Below, in pieces: positions 1 through 8,337 of a stretch of 55,073 nucleotides of DNA. The notes under the pieces are model-generated. The model saw nothing but the letters and a program-made list of their open reading frames with translations. It was not told where the DNA came from and did no database searches. Source of the stretch: a virus (lineage: Duplodnaviria; Caudoviricetes); the IMG/VR virus record IMGVR_UViG_3300042469_000249, positions 1-55,073 of that record, one strand, 5' to 3'. Made by a program: the position numbers and the translations under genes. Position 1 is the stretch's first letter, and every line of letters starts with the position of its first letter.

Positions 1-182
1 CTTGCTTTTTTGAATGCTCCTTGCTCTTCTGTTCCAATAGCGTCAATAGCTTTGATTGCATGGATGAGTGTGGTTACTCCTTCTGGTGGGGTTACATTAA
101 GCAGCAAATACGCTTGTAGCTTGTTCCAGTCTTCGTGTGAGGTTATTGCCGCGCATAGGGATTTTACTTTTTCTGTTGTCAT
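1..182 (-). CDS. Partial small protein (MTTEKVKSLC...), copy of 51972-52217
   Basis: ATG at 182 overlaps the stop of the upstream ORF; near-identical to the 81-aa ORF at 51972-52217. Confidence 0.8.
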   Translation of the reverse strand, partial: MTTEKVKSLCAAITSHEDWNKLQAYLLLNVTPPEGVTTLIHAIKAIDAIGTEEQGAFKKA

Positions 183-766
183 TCTTGTGGTAGTTGTGTT
201 TTTAACCAATCTGCCCATCGTTTTTGCATGGGAGTTATTGTTCCTACTGATTCATCTCCCGCAATAATACGGGCTAAGAAACTTTGTTTTAATGGAGTCT
301 TGTCTTGAATCTTACCATACTGAGTTCCAGAAAATGCTTTTTCTTGTTCTGGAGTTAAATTAAATTTTGGTATAATTTGTTTTTCTTGAATGAATTTTTG
401 TATAAATTCATTTTTATTTTGATTGGAAATTGATCGTGGAGACTCAGGAGATTCATCTGGTTGAGCAAAAAAAGGTAATTTTTTAGATTCTCTTTCTTTT
501 GCAAACTCAACAGCCTTTCTTGTAATTGATTTATTTAACTCTGGATTTACAGTATTTAATTTATCTGCTGGAGTAGAAAGAAGATATTTTAATTCATTAT
601 CATCCAAGGTTGGAACCATTGTTGGGATAAGTTTTTCTCCACTACCCCAGTCGATTCCAATAGATAATTCCGTAGAAACATCTTTAGGATTATCTAATCT
701 TGGGATTGCACCAAGAAATCCAGAACCTTTTATTGTGCTATCTGGTCTGAGATTGCTTGTGTTCAT
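179..766 (-). CDS. Hypothetical protein downstream of portal (short allele, 195 aa)
   Basis: Start overlaps the portal stop; homolog of 52214-52978, net 59 aa shorter. Confidence 0.8.
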   Translation of the reverse strand: MNTSNLRPDSTIKGSGFLGAIPRLDNPKDVSTELSIGIDWGSGEKLIPTMVPTLDDNELKYLLSTPADKLNTVNPELNKSITRKAVEFAKERESKKLPFFAQPDESPESPRSISNQNKNEFIQKFIQEKQIIPKFNLTPEQEKAFSGTQYGKIQDKTPLKQSFLARIIAGDESVGTITPMQKRWADWLKTQLPQE

Positions 767-3255
767 AGTGTTGCTGGTGGTGGCTCCTCTGTTTCCATCT
801 CAACTTCTTCGGTGGCTTCTGGTGTCTCAACTTCTACCTCTTCAATTTCTGTTTCTTCTTCTTCCATTTCTGGCTCTTCCATTTCTGGAGCAGGTTGTTC
901 AGTTACCATCTTACCTTTAGCCTTCTGAATCTCCGCACGGGCTTTAGCCTTCTGAAGCGCAAGTTGTGTGATACCTTGTTCTTTCCGTTGTTCGGTGCGT
1001 TGAGCGTGGCTGATAGAAGCCTTACCGATTGCGATGTCAGAAAGTTTTTTCTTAGTATCAATCTCAATACCAGATTTAGCAGCGAGGTATTGCAGTTTGA
1101 TATCTTCCTCAGAGTTAGGTTGACCAGATTTTTGAGCTTCAGCTTCTGCCATCTGAATATACACCTGTTGTAGTTCATCAGCCATTGCTTGAGCCTCACC
1201 CATACCCTGCATGAATTGTTTCAAAAAGTCCTGCTTTGATTGATCTCTACTGATATACTCAACGTGTGCCATGATGTGACCACCCTTGAATTTGACTGAG
1301 CGCACTGCCCTTGAAAGCTCTGCAAGCTCTGGTTGACCCTGCTGCACAGATTGCATATTCATCTGCAACTGCATAATCATGTCTTGGAAGTGACCAGTTG
1401 CGTGTTCGATATGCGGATCGGTTGGTAGCACTGGGAAGTTTTGCGGGTTAACAAACGCATCTGTCATACCAGCATTCTCAAATCCAATGATACGAGCTGT
1501 ATCATCAATCTTGCTTGGCTTAGTATTACGATAGCGAGCTACGTTGTCTCTGCCAGAAAGCGCGGCGATTGCGTCTTTAACAGCATTCTCTTGCCCTTCG
1601 TTTGCTGGAGTGATTGCTGTAATCTGCAACAACTTTTCTGCGGTAATCAGTTTGAATGATGGACTGCCCGCCCCACTAATAAGGTTGGAACGGATGCTTG
1701 TGATGTTCTTATATGCAGCCGCTTCTTTTGGAGTTCCAAGTTCTTCCAAAACTTCATAGAACTTCTTCACAAATTCATATCCATCATCGCTGGACTTAGA
1801 GTTAACAAAGCGTTTGTAGAGTTGCTTGAAGTAAAGGGTTTGGCACTCATTAAATCGACGTATTTGAGTTCCAGATAGTTTTGCTGATTCGGCGGCATCA
1901 AGTTCTGCTTCGCCTTTTGTCCTTTGTTTACCACCAGCAGTTGGAGCGTTGATACGATACTGCCCCATGCCCCTATACATATCTCCCATAAAAAACTGCA
2001 TGAAGCTCATGCTTTCTGCAACTGGAAGTTGGAATCGGTTTTGAATGAACTTAGCTCCATCTGGCATTACGCTAATAGGTAGCCATTCCATTTGCTTGAG
2101 CATCTTAGTTGAGTCTGGCCCCTGTCCCTCAATCATCAACATGGAGTTGAGTCGCACTGCATCAACCAATGAGTTCATTGTGAAGTCATATTGGCGGCAA
2201 GCAACGAACGCCGATTCAGCTTGGCTCTTGATGTCTTGGAATAGTCCGCTACCTACAGAGTCAGTAAGCATATACAAAATTTCATCCCAAGAATCATAAA
2301 GTCCAATCTTGAGCATCATAAACCCGTGTTGAGTTCTGATGTCATCTTCACTGATCTTGCCAGCCCCTTTTACATTGGAGTTAATGTAATCAGCTATTGG
2401 TTGATAATCTTGAAGGATAATTGTTTTACTGATTTTACCATCAAACTCTCTCCAGTAAACTTCGTATAGGTCGATTTTTTGGTTTACTGAAAGTGACCAG
2501 TTAAATCCTGACTCGCTGATCGTGCGGAAGAAATCTTCGCGGGTCTTTCTATGATTTGTAAAAGCGCGATGGAAACGGATAGCATCAATAGCTGCATCCA
2601 CATTCCATCCCATCGCTTCTGCTGCGGCACGATTCTCAATTTTTTTATAGAGTTCGTATGGAGTCAAACGGACACGCCTGACAAATTCCTCAAGGTTTGA
2701 AAAGTCGATCCTAATGTCGTCTGGAAAGAGAAGGTCGGATAGGAAAACGTGTTCTGGCATCCATCCAAGTGGACTATCCCACATTCCAATTCCCTTTCCA
2801 TACAATAGCATTTCCTCAAGGTCTTGTTCTGCATTGTAGAGGTATCCGGGCCATTCACGCAAGGCTTGGTCAAATGCGGTTGTGATGTTTTCTGTATTAA
2901 CGAGGCGTTCTTTGTCATTTCCATATTTGGTCTTGATTGTGCAGCAAGCCTGACGTTCAGTAATTACATCGTAGTAACTGGACTTTTGGTTATCAACAAT
3001 AAATCCAAGTTGTCCATAGTTAACATCCGATTGCCAAGGTAGTCGCTTTTCGGCAAGCTTGCTGTATCCCGTGGGAGGAAACATTTTGTAAGCTTTATAA
3101 ATACGGATGCGCTTATTCTCACGCCCAATGTTAGCCAACCTCAGATTGTTTGCTATGTTCCACGCATGATTTGCGTTGGAAATTCGTGTTTCTGGTGGCT
3201 TACCATCTTGGTCAAGAGTGGCTAAACTGAAGTTATCATTACCGATTGAGAGCAT
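763..3255 (-). CDS. Portal (head-tail connector) protein
   Basis: 830 aa, first large gene of the structural operon upstream of scaffold and capsid; Gln-rich helical C-terminal region and acidic tail as in podoviral portals; adjacent to terL. Confidence 0.75.
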   Translation of the reverse strand: MLSIGNDNFSLATLDQDGKPPETRISNANHAWNIANNLRLANIGRENKRIRIYKAYKMFPPTGYSKLAEKRLPWQSDVNYGQLGFIVDNQKSSYYDVITERQACCTIKTKYGNDKERLVNTENITTAFDQALREWPGYLYNAEQDLEEMLLYGKGIGMWDSPLGWMPEHVFLSDLLFPDDIRIDFSNLEEFVRRVRLTPYELYKKIENRAAAEAMGWNVDAAIDAIRFHRAFTNHRKTREDFFRTISESGFNWSLSVNQKIDLYEVYWREFDGKISKTIILQDYQPIADYINSNVKGAGKISEDDIRTQHGFMMLKIGLYDSWDEILYMLTDSVGSGLFQDIKSQAESAFVACRQYDFTMNSLVDAVRLNSMLMIEGQGPDSTKMLKQMEWLPISVMPDGAKFIQNRFQLPVAESMSFMQFFMGDMYRGMGQYRINAPTAGGKQRTKGEAELDAAESAKLSGTQIRRFNECQTLYFKQLYKRFVNSKSSDDGYEFVKKFYEVLEELGTPKEAAAYKNITSIRSNLISGAGSPSFKLITAEKLLQITAITPANEGQENAVKDAIAALSGRDNVARYRNTKPSKIDDTARIIGFENAGMTDAFVNPQNFPVLPTDPHIEHATGHFQDMIMQLQMNMQSVQQGQPELAELSRAVRSVKFKGGHIMAHVEYISRDQSKQDFLKQFMQGMGEAQAMADELQQVYIQMAEAEAQKSGQPNSEEDIKLQYLAAKSGIEIDTKKKLSDIAIGKASISHAQRTEQRKEQGITQLALQKAKARAEIQKAKGKMVTEQPAPEMEEPEMEEEETEIEEVEVETPEATEEVEMETEEPPPATL

Positions 3256-3274
3256 AGGATTTTATGTTTATCGT

Positions 3275-3652
3275 TTACGATAATGAATTCAAGGCATTTC
3301 TTCGTTTGTTACACGAACTACACCCGCGAGCTTTATGCTCAAGTTTAGTTCCTAAAACTTTATCTGTAGCTGCCGCTACTGTGTGAATGGCTTGAGCGAT
3401 ACGATCACCAAGTCCATCATTATACCAGCAACGATCACTTGGTTGGCGTTGGCAGGTTTGATCCTCTACCATTTGTTCGATGTTACTTGGAACTTCAACC
3501 CCATTGGATCGGTAATCTTTTTGGATATTCTGAAGAAGACTATTCCATGTGCTTCCATAAACTATCGCTGGATACACAACGCCATTACGCTTTATCTCAT
3601 ATTTCCACCACCATCCTCCGACTGGTGCGAGATTTTTGTTTTTCAGTTTCAT
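3275..3652 (-). CDS. Small Cys-containing hypothetical protein (GLGD...CxxCxKR motif)
   Basis: 125-aa ORF between promoter and portal; CQRQPSDRC and CSSCNKRR. Confidence 0.75.
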   Translation of the reverse strand: MKLKNKNLAPVGGWWWKYEIKRNGVVYPAIVYGSTWNSLLQNIQKDYRSNGVEVPSNIEQMVEDQTCQRQPSDRCWYNDGLGDRIAQAIHTVAAATDKVLGTKLEHKARGCSSCNKRRNALNSLS

Positions 3653-3664
3653 CTTGCCTTTTCA

Positions 3665-3704
3665 CCGAAAATATATTTTCTTATTGATATGTCAAGAGTT
3701 TTTT
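3665..3704 (-). promoter_or_regulatory. Sigma70-like promoter for the portal operon (TTGACA-16-TATTTT)
   Basis: Minus strand AAAAAACTCTTGACATAT...ATATTTTCG; the same motif precedes the capsid leader near 49918-49958. Confidence 0.6.
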
Positions 3705-5542
3705 CTTCAAGCAAAGGGATTCAAAAATATGGTATTAAATTTTCAGAGGACATGGATGAATTGGGAATTGAGCTTTATTGTTATGCTATTTCCCGTGGTG
3801 AGTATGGAAAAGACTACTGCATCAAACATAATATTAACCTAAAAGATTTTAAGTTACTTACACCAGCGGAGCATTTTATTAATGCTGTGAAACTTCAATG
3901 GCCGACTGAGGTTTCTATCTACAATAGGGGATATACCAATACTCAACTTCTTAGAACACTGGAAGAACTCTGCAATAATACAGATGTTTGTTTGGCTGGC
4001 GCAGCTTCGATGGGAAAAAGTTTTCCAGTTGCTCTTTGGGTTTATCTTGATTGGTGTTCTGCCCCACATTGCACTTCAGCATGGGTTGCTACTACTACTC
4101 TTGGCGCATCTGAGGATCGTATTTGGGGTATCATTTCTAAACTTTGGAAGTGCGCTCGCATCCAATATGGTAAACTTATCGACTATCGCCACATGATTGT
4201 TTGGGGTGGCGCATCGAACGATGAAGATAAAGATTATCGTAATGCGATTAAAGCACTTGCATTTCAATCAGGTAACGAGGGTCAGAAGGCTATTGATACC
4301 ACCCGTGGTCGTAAGAATGATCGAGTTCGCTTGGCACTTGACGAGTTGCCAGAAATGGAACTCGGAGCAATTACTGCTCGCGTTAACCTTTCAGCTAATA
4401 ACGATGTTACCTTTATTGGTATTGGAAACCCATCAGCGGGAGATAACCCACATACCCGTTGGGCAATGCCAAAAGGTAAATCTAACTTCGATACAGTGAA
4501 TCCTGATTTGATGAATTGGGAAACTGAAACTGGAATTTGTTTATTTTACAACGGCATGAAGTCTCCTAACTTCGATGCTCGCCCAGATGAGCCATCCCCA
4601 TTCCCCTTCCTCATGGATCGGAAGAAGCAGGAAATCATGCTCAAACAATGTTATGGTGATGAGAATGCCATTGACTATGTTCGTAACGCTATCGGTTGGT
4701 GGCCGAAGTCTGGGTTTATTCAGACCGTAATTACTTCTGATCTTATTCGCAATGCCGATACAAACGAGGAACCAATCTGGGATTCTGAAGGATTCACTAA
4801 AGTAGCAGGCTTTGACACTTCGTTTACAATTGGTGGTGACCGATGCGTTCTTACCATTGCTAAACTTGGCTTTGTTCGTGGAACCCGTAATCGTGTTATG
4901 TGGCTTGAGAGTCAGAAGGTAATCCAACTATCTGCCAATGCCGCCGCTGAGTTTGAGATTCAACTTGCTACTGAAGTTGTTTCTTTGTGTAGGGCGGCTG
5001 GAGTTCAACCTACTAAATTTGGTATGGACGTTTCTGGTGATGGTGGTCGAGTCGGACAGGCTATCATTCGTGAATGGCTACGCACTGACTCTAATGGCGC
5101 GGCCATTGCCCTTATCTCGTCCATGGGTAAGCCTACCGATAGAATCGCAGCAGAGGTTGACAGAAGACCTTGTAAGGATGTCTATGATCGTTTGGTCAGT
5201 GAATACTACTACTCAGCCTATCATGCTTTCAAGAGCCGAGTTCTTTTCGGCGTTGATCCAAGCTCTGAGTTGGCGCGGGAACTCTGCCTTCGTCGCTATA
5301 CTATCAAGAATAAAAAGATCGCCATTGAAACTAAAGATGATCTTAAAAGCAGAAGTGGATACTCGCCGGATTTGAGTGACAGTTTAATCTACGCACTCGA
5401 AATGGCGCGGCGTAATGGACTCGTTTTTATCGGTAACGATAAACCTGTTCCGACTAACCGATTCTGGGCGCGGGAAGAGAAACTAACGGAATCATTTTCA
5501 GAAGATGATAGCTACTCTTCTGATGATAATGGAGACTGGTGA
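3689..5542 (+). CDS. terL: Terminase large subunit
   Basis: Walker A GAASMGKS, Walker B LALDE, GIGNP coupling motif, RuvC-like AGFD...GGD and PDLSDS. Probable ATG at 3689 (MSRVF) because the ORF-track extension overlaps the opposite-strand gene. Confidence 0.88.
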   Translation: MSRVFSSSKGIQKYGIKFSEDMDELGIELYCYAISRGEYGKDYCIKHNINLKDFKLLTPAEHFINAVKLQWPTEVSIYNRGYTNTQLLRTLEELCNNTDVCLAGAASMGKSFPVALWVYLDWCSAPHCTSAWVATTTLGASEDRIWGIISKLWKCARIQYGKLIDYRHMIVWGGASNDEDKDYRNAIKALAFQSGNEGQKAIDTTRGRKNDRVRLALDELPEMELGAITARVNLSANNDVTFIGIGNPSAGDNPHTRWAMPKGKSNFDTVNPDLMNWETETGICLFYNGMKSPNFDARPDEPSPFPFLMDRKKQEIMLKQCYGDENAIDYVRNAIGWWPKSGFIQTVITSDLIRNADTNEEPIWDSEGFTKVAGFDTSFTIGGDRCVLTIAKLGFVRGTRNRVMWLESQKVIQLSANAAAEFEIQLATEVVSLCRAAGVQPTKFGMDVSGDGGRVGQAIIREWLRTDSNGAAIALISSMGKPTDRIAAEVDRRPCKDVYDRLVSEYYYSAYHAFKSRVLFGVDPSSELARELCLRRYTIKNKKIAIETKDDLKSRSGYSPDLSDSLIYALEMARRNGLVFIGNDKPVPTNRFWAREEKLTESFSEDDSYSSDDNGDW

Positions 5543-5675
5543 TACTGGGCCAAGACGTTACTCTTGGTCACGGTTTTAGTTACGGCCCCGTGTATTGCCG
5601 CTTGGCTTTTTTCGCCATTCAAACAAGACTACTTTAAAGCTCGTAGTTAGCTACATGACTCCATGCTTCCCAGTA
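5543..5675. ncRNA. Putative multi-branch structured RNA between convergent genes
   Basis: Closing stem TACTGGG(5543-5549)/CCCAGTA(5669-5675) encloses five small hairpins. Confidence 0.45.
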
Positions 5676-5679
5676 AAGA

Positions 5680-5904
5680 TCAATCGAGAATTCCTTCAAG
5701 CTCCAAGGTATTTGCTACTTCTTCTGGAACTACGATACGAATTACTTTCTCTCCGTCAAGGAAACCAAGGTTTTCTTTTACACGAATATCGCTTTTGCTC
5801 ACCCAACATTGGTTGAACCTCTGCCTAAACAGAATCTTAGTTGGGCTTTCGCTTACTTCTGTTCCTTCGCAAACGATGCGTGATTCAAAGTTATTTGTAG
5901 TCAT
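5680..5904 (-). CDS. Hypothetical protein
   Basis: 74-aa ORF coupled to the upstream HNH-like gene. Confidence 0.65.
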   Translation of the reverse strand: MTTNNFESRIVCEGTEVSESPTKILFRQRFNQCWVSKSDIRVKENLGFLDGEKVIRIVVPEEVANTLELEGILD

Positions 5905-6190
5905 AAATTATATATCCATTTTCTCTCGCCCACCCTACTTCGTGGTGGCATTTATTGTGACAGGTGCGGCATAAAACCATGAATGAGGACTTGTCACATA
6001 AGAACTTGCCCCTACCTTTCTTATGGTGTAAGTCCGTTCCATGCCCATTACATATTTCGCAAGTGAAATTTTTCTCTTCAAAGTATTCTGCTTTAGCTTT
6101 CTCGTAGTCAGCATTTTTTACTTTTCTTGATCCTGATAAACTCTTTAACTTTTGTCCCGTTTTTTTGAACCCCGTTTTTCTTCGTAACAT
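5891..6190 (-). CDS. Small HNH-type nuclease / Zn-finger protein
   Basis: CEIC...DLHH...LCRTCHNKCH pattern. Confidence 0.7.
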   Translation of the reverse strand: MLRRKTGFKKTGQKLKSLSGSRKVKNADYEKAKAEYFEEKNFTCEICNGHGTDLHHKKGRGKFLCDKSSFMVLCRTCHNKCHHEVGWARENGYIIYDYK

Positions 6191-6203
6191 CTATAGTAGT
6201 CTG

Positions 6204-6620
6204 TTAGCTGTTGAAGTCCGAGGGCGGCCAATTCCAATTTGTCGTAGCTTTCTCTGACTGATTCGGGGAAGGACTTTCCCCTTTGGTGCATGGTGGTTGG
6301 ACTTCCTGCGGAGTAGGGGCTGACTCTGAGGTAGTATTTACCTTCTTGAATTTCGAGAAAGACGTGCATAGGGAAATGATTTTATCTACCTGTTCTTTTT
6401 TAAGAATGCTCTTGGAGTTTACTTCGATCTGGTTAATCAACGATCCAGTCACGCCGATCTTGTCTCCAAGTTCTCTAACAGTCAGTTTAAGCGTTCTCCT
6501 TGTTTCACGAAGTTGGTTTGCAAAAGTCTTTCGTCCAATAGAACGAACCATGCGTGATTGCTCGTAGGCAGTCGCGCAAGCGTCATAAGCATCTTCTAAT
6601 GGATGTTTCATTTGGATCAA
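6204..6620 (-). CDS. XRE-family HTH transcriptional regulator
   Basis: LRETRRTLKLTVRELGDKIGVTGSLINQIE is a typical HTH_3 signature. Confidence 0.75.
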   Translation of the reverse strand: MIQMKHPLEDAYDACATAYEQSRMVRSIGRKTFANQLRETRRTLKLTVRELGDKIGVTGSLINQIEVNSKSILKKEQVDKIISLCTSFSKFKKVNTTSESAPTPQEVQPPCTKGESPSPNQSEKATTNWNWPPSDFNS

Positions 6621-6664
6621 AGTAAACCAAGACTATTGACAAGTCAATACTTTTTTGATATATT
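6619..6664. promoter_or_regulatory. Overlapping divergent sigma70 promoters
   Basis: Plus TTGACA(6636)-17-TATATT(6659); minus TTGACT-17-TACTTT; the two -35 boxes form the palindrome TATTGAC-AA-GTCAATA. Confidence 0.65.
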
Positions 6665-6672
6665 TGTTACCG

Positions 6673-7053
6673 ATGAATAAAGAAAATTCTAATAAAGATT
6701 TAGATACCAAGCTTCAAGACTTACTGGCAAGTGTCAGGAAGACTGTATTAATTTCCAACATGGCCCTCTCTACGGCCAGCCGCACTTCCTTCATGGCTAC
6801 CTATGAGTCTAATGATGGTATTTGCTCAATGGCTATCAAACCAAACAACATTGCTATTCTCGCCGCAGTATCGACTGGTGGAGCTACAGTCTATAAGGCT
6901 GATTTTGTAGTAACCGATGAGGGTATTGGCGAGCGGCGTTGCATATTCAAGTGCGAGACTGAGCAAGACGCTGATGAGATTTGGGAACTGATGAACGATA
7001 AGATGTATGCTTGGTCGCAGGGTGATATTGAGTCTGTAGATGTAGAATTGTAG
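6673..7053 (+). CDS. Hypothetical protein
   Basis: ORF directly downstream of the plus promoter; probable ATG at 6673. Confidence 0.65.
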   Translation: MNKENSNKDLDTKLQDLLASVRKTVLISNMALSTASRTSFMATYESNDGICSMAIKPNNIAILAAVSTGGATVYKADFVVTDEGIGERRCIFKCETEQDADEIWELMNDKMYAWSQGDIESVDVEL

Positions 7054-7082
7054 AAATTATCGTTACCGATAAAAAAAGATGC

Positions 7083-7111
7083 TTGACATGGAATACAACC
7101 TATAGTAGTTT
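7083..7111 (+). promoter_or_regulatory. Sigma70-like promoter of the replication operon
   Basis: TTGACA-17-TAGTTT, with a palindromic site at 7057-7072 just upstream. Confidence 0.6.
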
Positions 7112-7117
7112 TCAGTT

Positions 7118-7262
7118 GTGCGAGAAATTGCACCTTCGGGGTAGGAGCCGAAGTGAATGAAAAGTCAGTAAATTAACATAACAATATATGATCCCTTGTG
7201 GCATTGCCACTCCTTCGCGTCTGTTGCCGCACTTTTCCAGTGTCACAAGGGGTCGCCTTTTT
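7118..7262 (+). promoter_or_regulatory. Attenuator-like structured leader
   Basis: Two 5' hairpins, then a long stem 7190-7206/7238-7254 followed by a T-run. Confidence 0.55.
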
Positions 7263-7267
7263 CTAAA

Positions 7268-7582
7268 ATGAAAAAATATGACGATTGTCCAATAAGGACA
7301 AAGAACGGGATAATAATTAAACGAAAAGTAATGCGTATTAAAGGATTGAATCCTCTGCAACGAACATTATTAGCATACATCGAAAATTGGGATAGAGGGT
7401 GCGTGAATGACAAAGAATATTTGGCCTTTGTTTTTGATGTATCAAAATATCGTATAGAGTGTGCATTGGATTTTTTAGCATCGCTTGACCTTATCTACTG
7501 TGAAAATAATTGCGATGAAGTAAAAATATTCTGCAACATCAATTATATTAACGATGTTTATGGGGAGGGAATTGAATTATGA
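7268..7582 (+). CDS. Putative winged-helix protein of the replication module
   Basis: LNPLQRTLLAYI...YLAFVFDVSKYRIECALDFLASLDLI resembles a wHTH; probable ATG at 7268. Confidence 0.55.
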   Translation: MKKYDDCPIRTKNGIIIKRKVMRIKGLNPLQRTLLAYIENWDRGCVNDKEYLAFVFDVSKYRIECALDFLASLDLIYCENNCDEVKIFCNINYINDVYGEGIEL

Positions 7583-8307
7583 GCGAAAAGAACGAAAGGG
7601 TATTTCGCGGAGTATGGGTTCCAGTAGAGATATGGGAATCTCAATCGCTATCGTGGATGGAGAAATGTTTGTGGGCAGAAATCAGTTCTCTTGGAACTGA
7701 AGAGAAACCATGCTTTGCAAGTAATGGTTATCTTGCAAAAATGTTTCATAGCACGGAATCAAGTATGTCAAACATGATTTCAAAATTGAGGTCATTGAAG
7801 ATGATTAAACAAATTTCTTACGATGGAAGAAGTAGGAAAATTCTCGCTGTTTTACCAAGCGGGACTTCACCCACAAGTGAAGTCAGAGTTCACTCACAGG
7901 TGAAGTCTGACTCAACCCCCAAGTGCAATCAGAGTCAACCTGCTGGTGAAGTCAGAGTCAACCCACAGGTGAACATAGATACTAAGGTAGATAATAGTAG
8001 AGATACTAAAGGAGAATTATCTCTTAATCTCTTAACTTTTCAACAACGAGCAAACCGACTTCTCGGAAGACGCGATGCTACGAACTGGACACCAAAAGAA
8101 ATAAAGGCAGCTAAACCAAACCTCGATACCTGCGAAGAAGACTGGAAGTTACTCGAAAACTTTTATTCCAAACGAAACGAAAAAGATGTTTACACCCGCC
8201 GTTCAATGGAAACCCTCCTCAACAACTGGGCAGGCGAAATAGACAAGGCTCGCGCCCATAAGGAAAGCGAAAGTCAAACAGCTTTCTTTAACAACAATAC
8301 ATTCTAA
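7579..8307 (+). CDS. Replication initiator (lambda O-like replisome organiser)
   Basis: N-terminal HTH (CFASNGYLAKMF...ISKLRSLKMI), internal iterons, immediately upstream of DnaB. Confidence 0.8.
   Translation: MSEKNERVFRGVWVPVEIWESQSLSWMEKCLWAEISSLGTEEKPCFASNGYLAKMFHSTESSMSNMISKLRSLKMIKQISYDGRSRKILAVLPSGTSPTSEVRVHSQVKSDSTPKCNQSQPAGEVRVNPQVNIDTKVDNSRDTKGELSLNLLTFQQRANRLLGRRDATNWTPKEIKAAKPNLDTCEEDWKLLENFYSKRNEKDVYTRRSMETLLNNWAGEIDKARAHKESESQTAFFNNNTF
7866..7974 (+). repeat. Origin iterons: about 4.7 copies of a 23-bp repeat inside the initiator gene
   Basis: TTCACCCACAAGTGAAGTCAGAG, TTCACTCACAGGTGAAGTCTGAC, TCAACCCCCAAGTGCAATCAGAG, TCAACCTGCTGGTGAAGTCAGAG, TCAACCCACAGGTGAAC; followed by AT-rich AGATACTAA repeats. 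Confidence 0.75.
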
Positions 8308-8337
8308 CCAGAACGATTCTCCAACTTTTAAACCCTA

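Larger units (their letters stand above)
1..2873. repeat. Imperfect terminal duplication, copy 1 (homologous to 52036-55073)
   Basis: Window start cttgctttttt... matches 52036 and 2871-2873 matches the window end. Many substitutions. The offset changes from 52035 to 52200 because of in-frame indels (+177 and -12 nt). Confidence 0.95.

Noticed and set aside
3383-3688. N-terminal extension of terL in the ORF track
   Set aside because: Overlaps the opposite-strand gene 3275-3652; ATG at 3689 is more plausible
7866-7974. CRISPR mini-array
   Set aside because: Contiguous repeats without spacers inside a CDS; the Cas4-like nuclease is a standalone phage exonuclease
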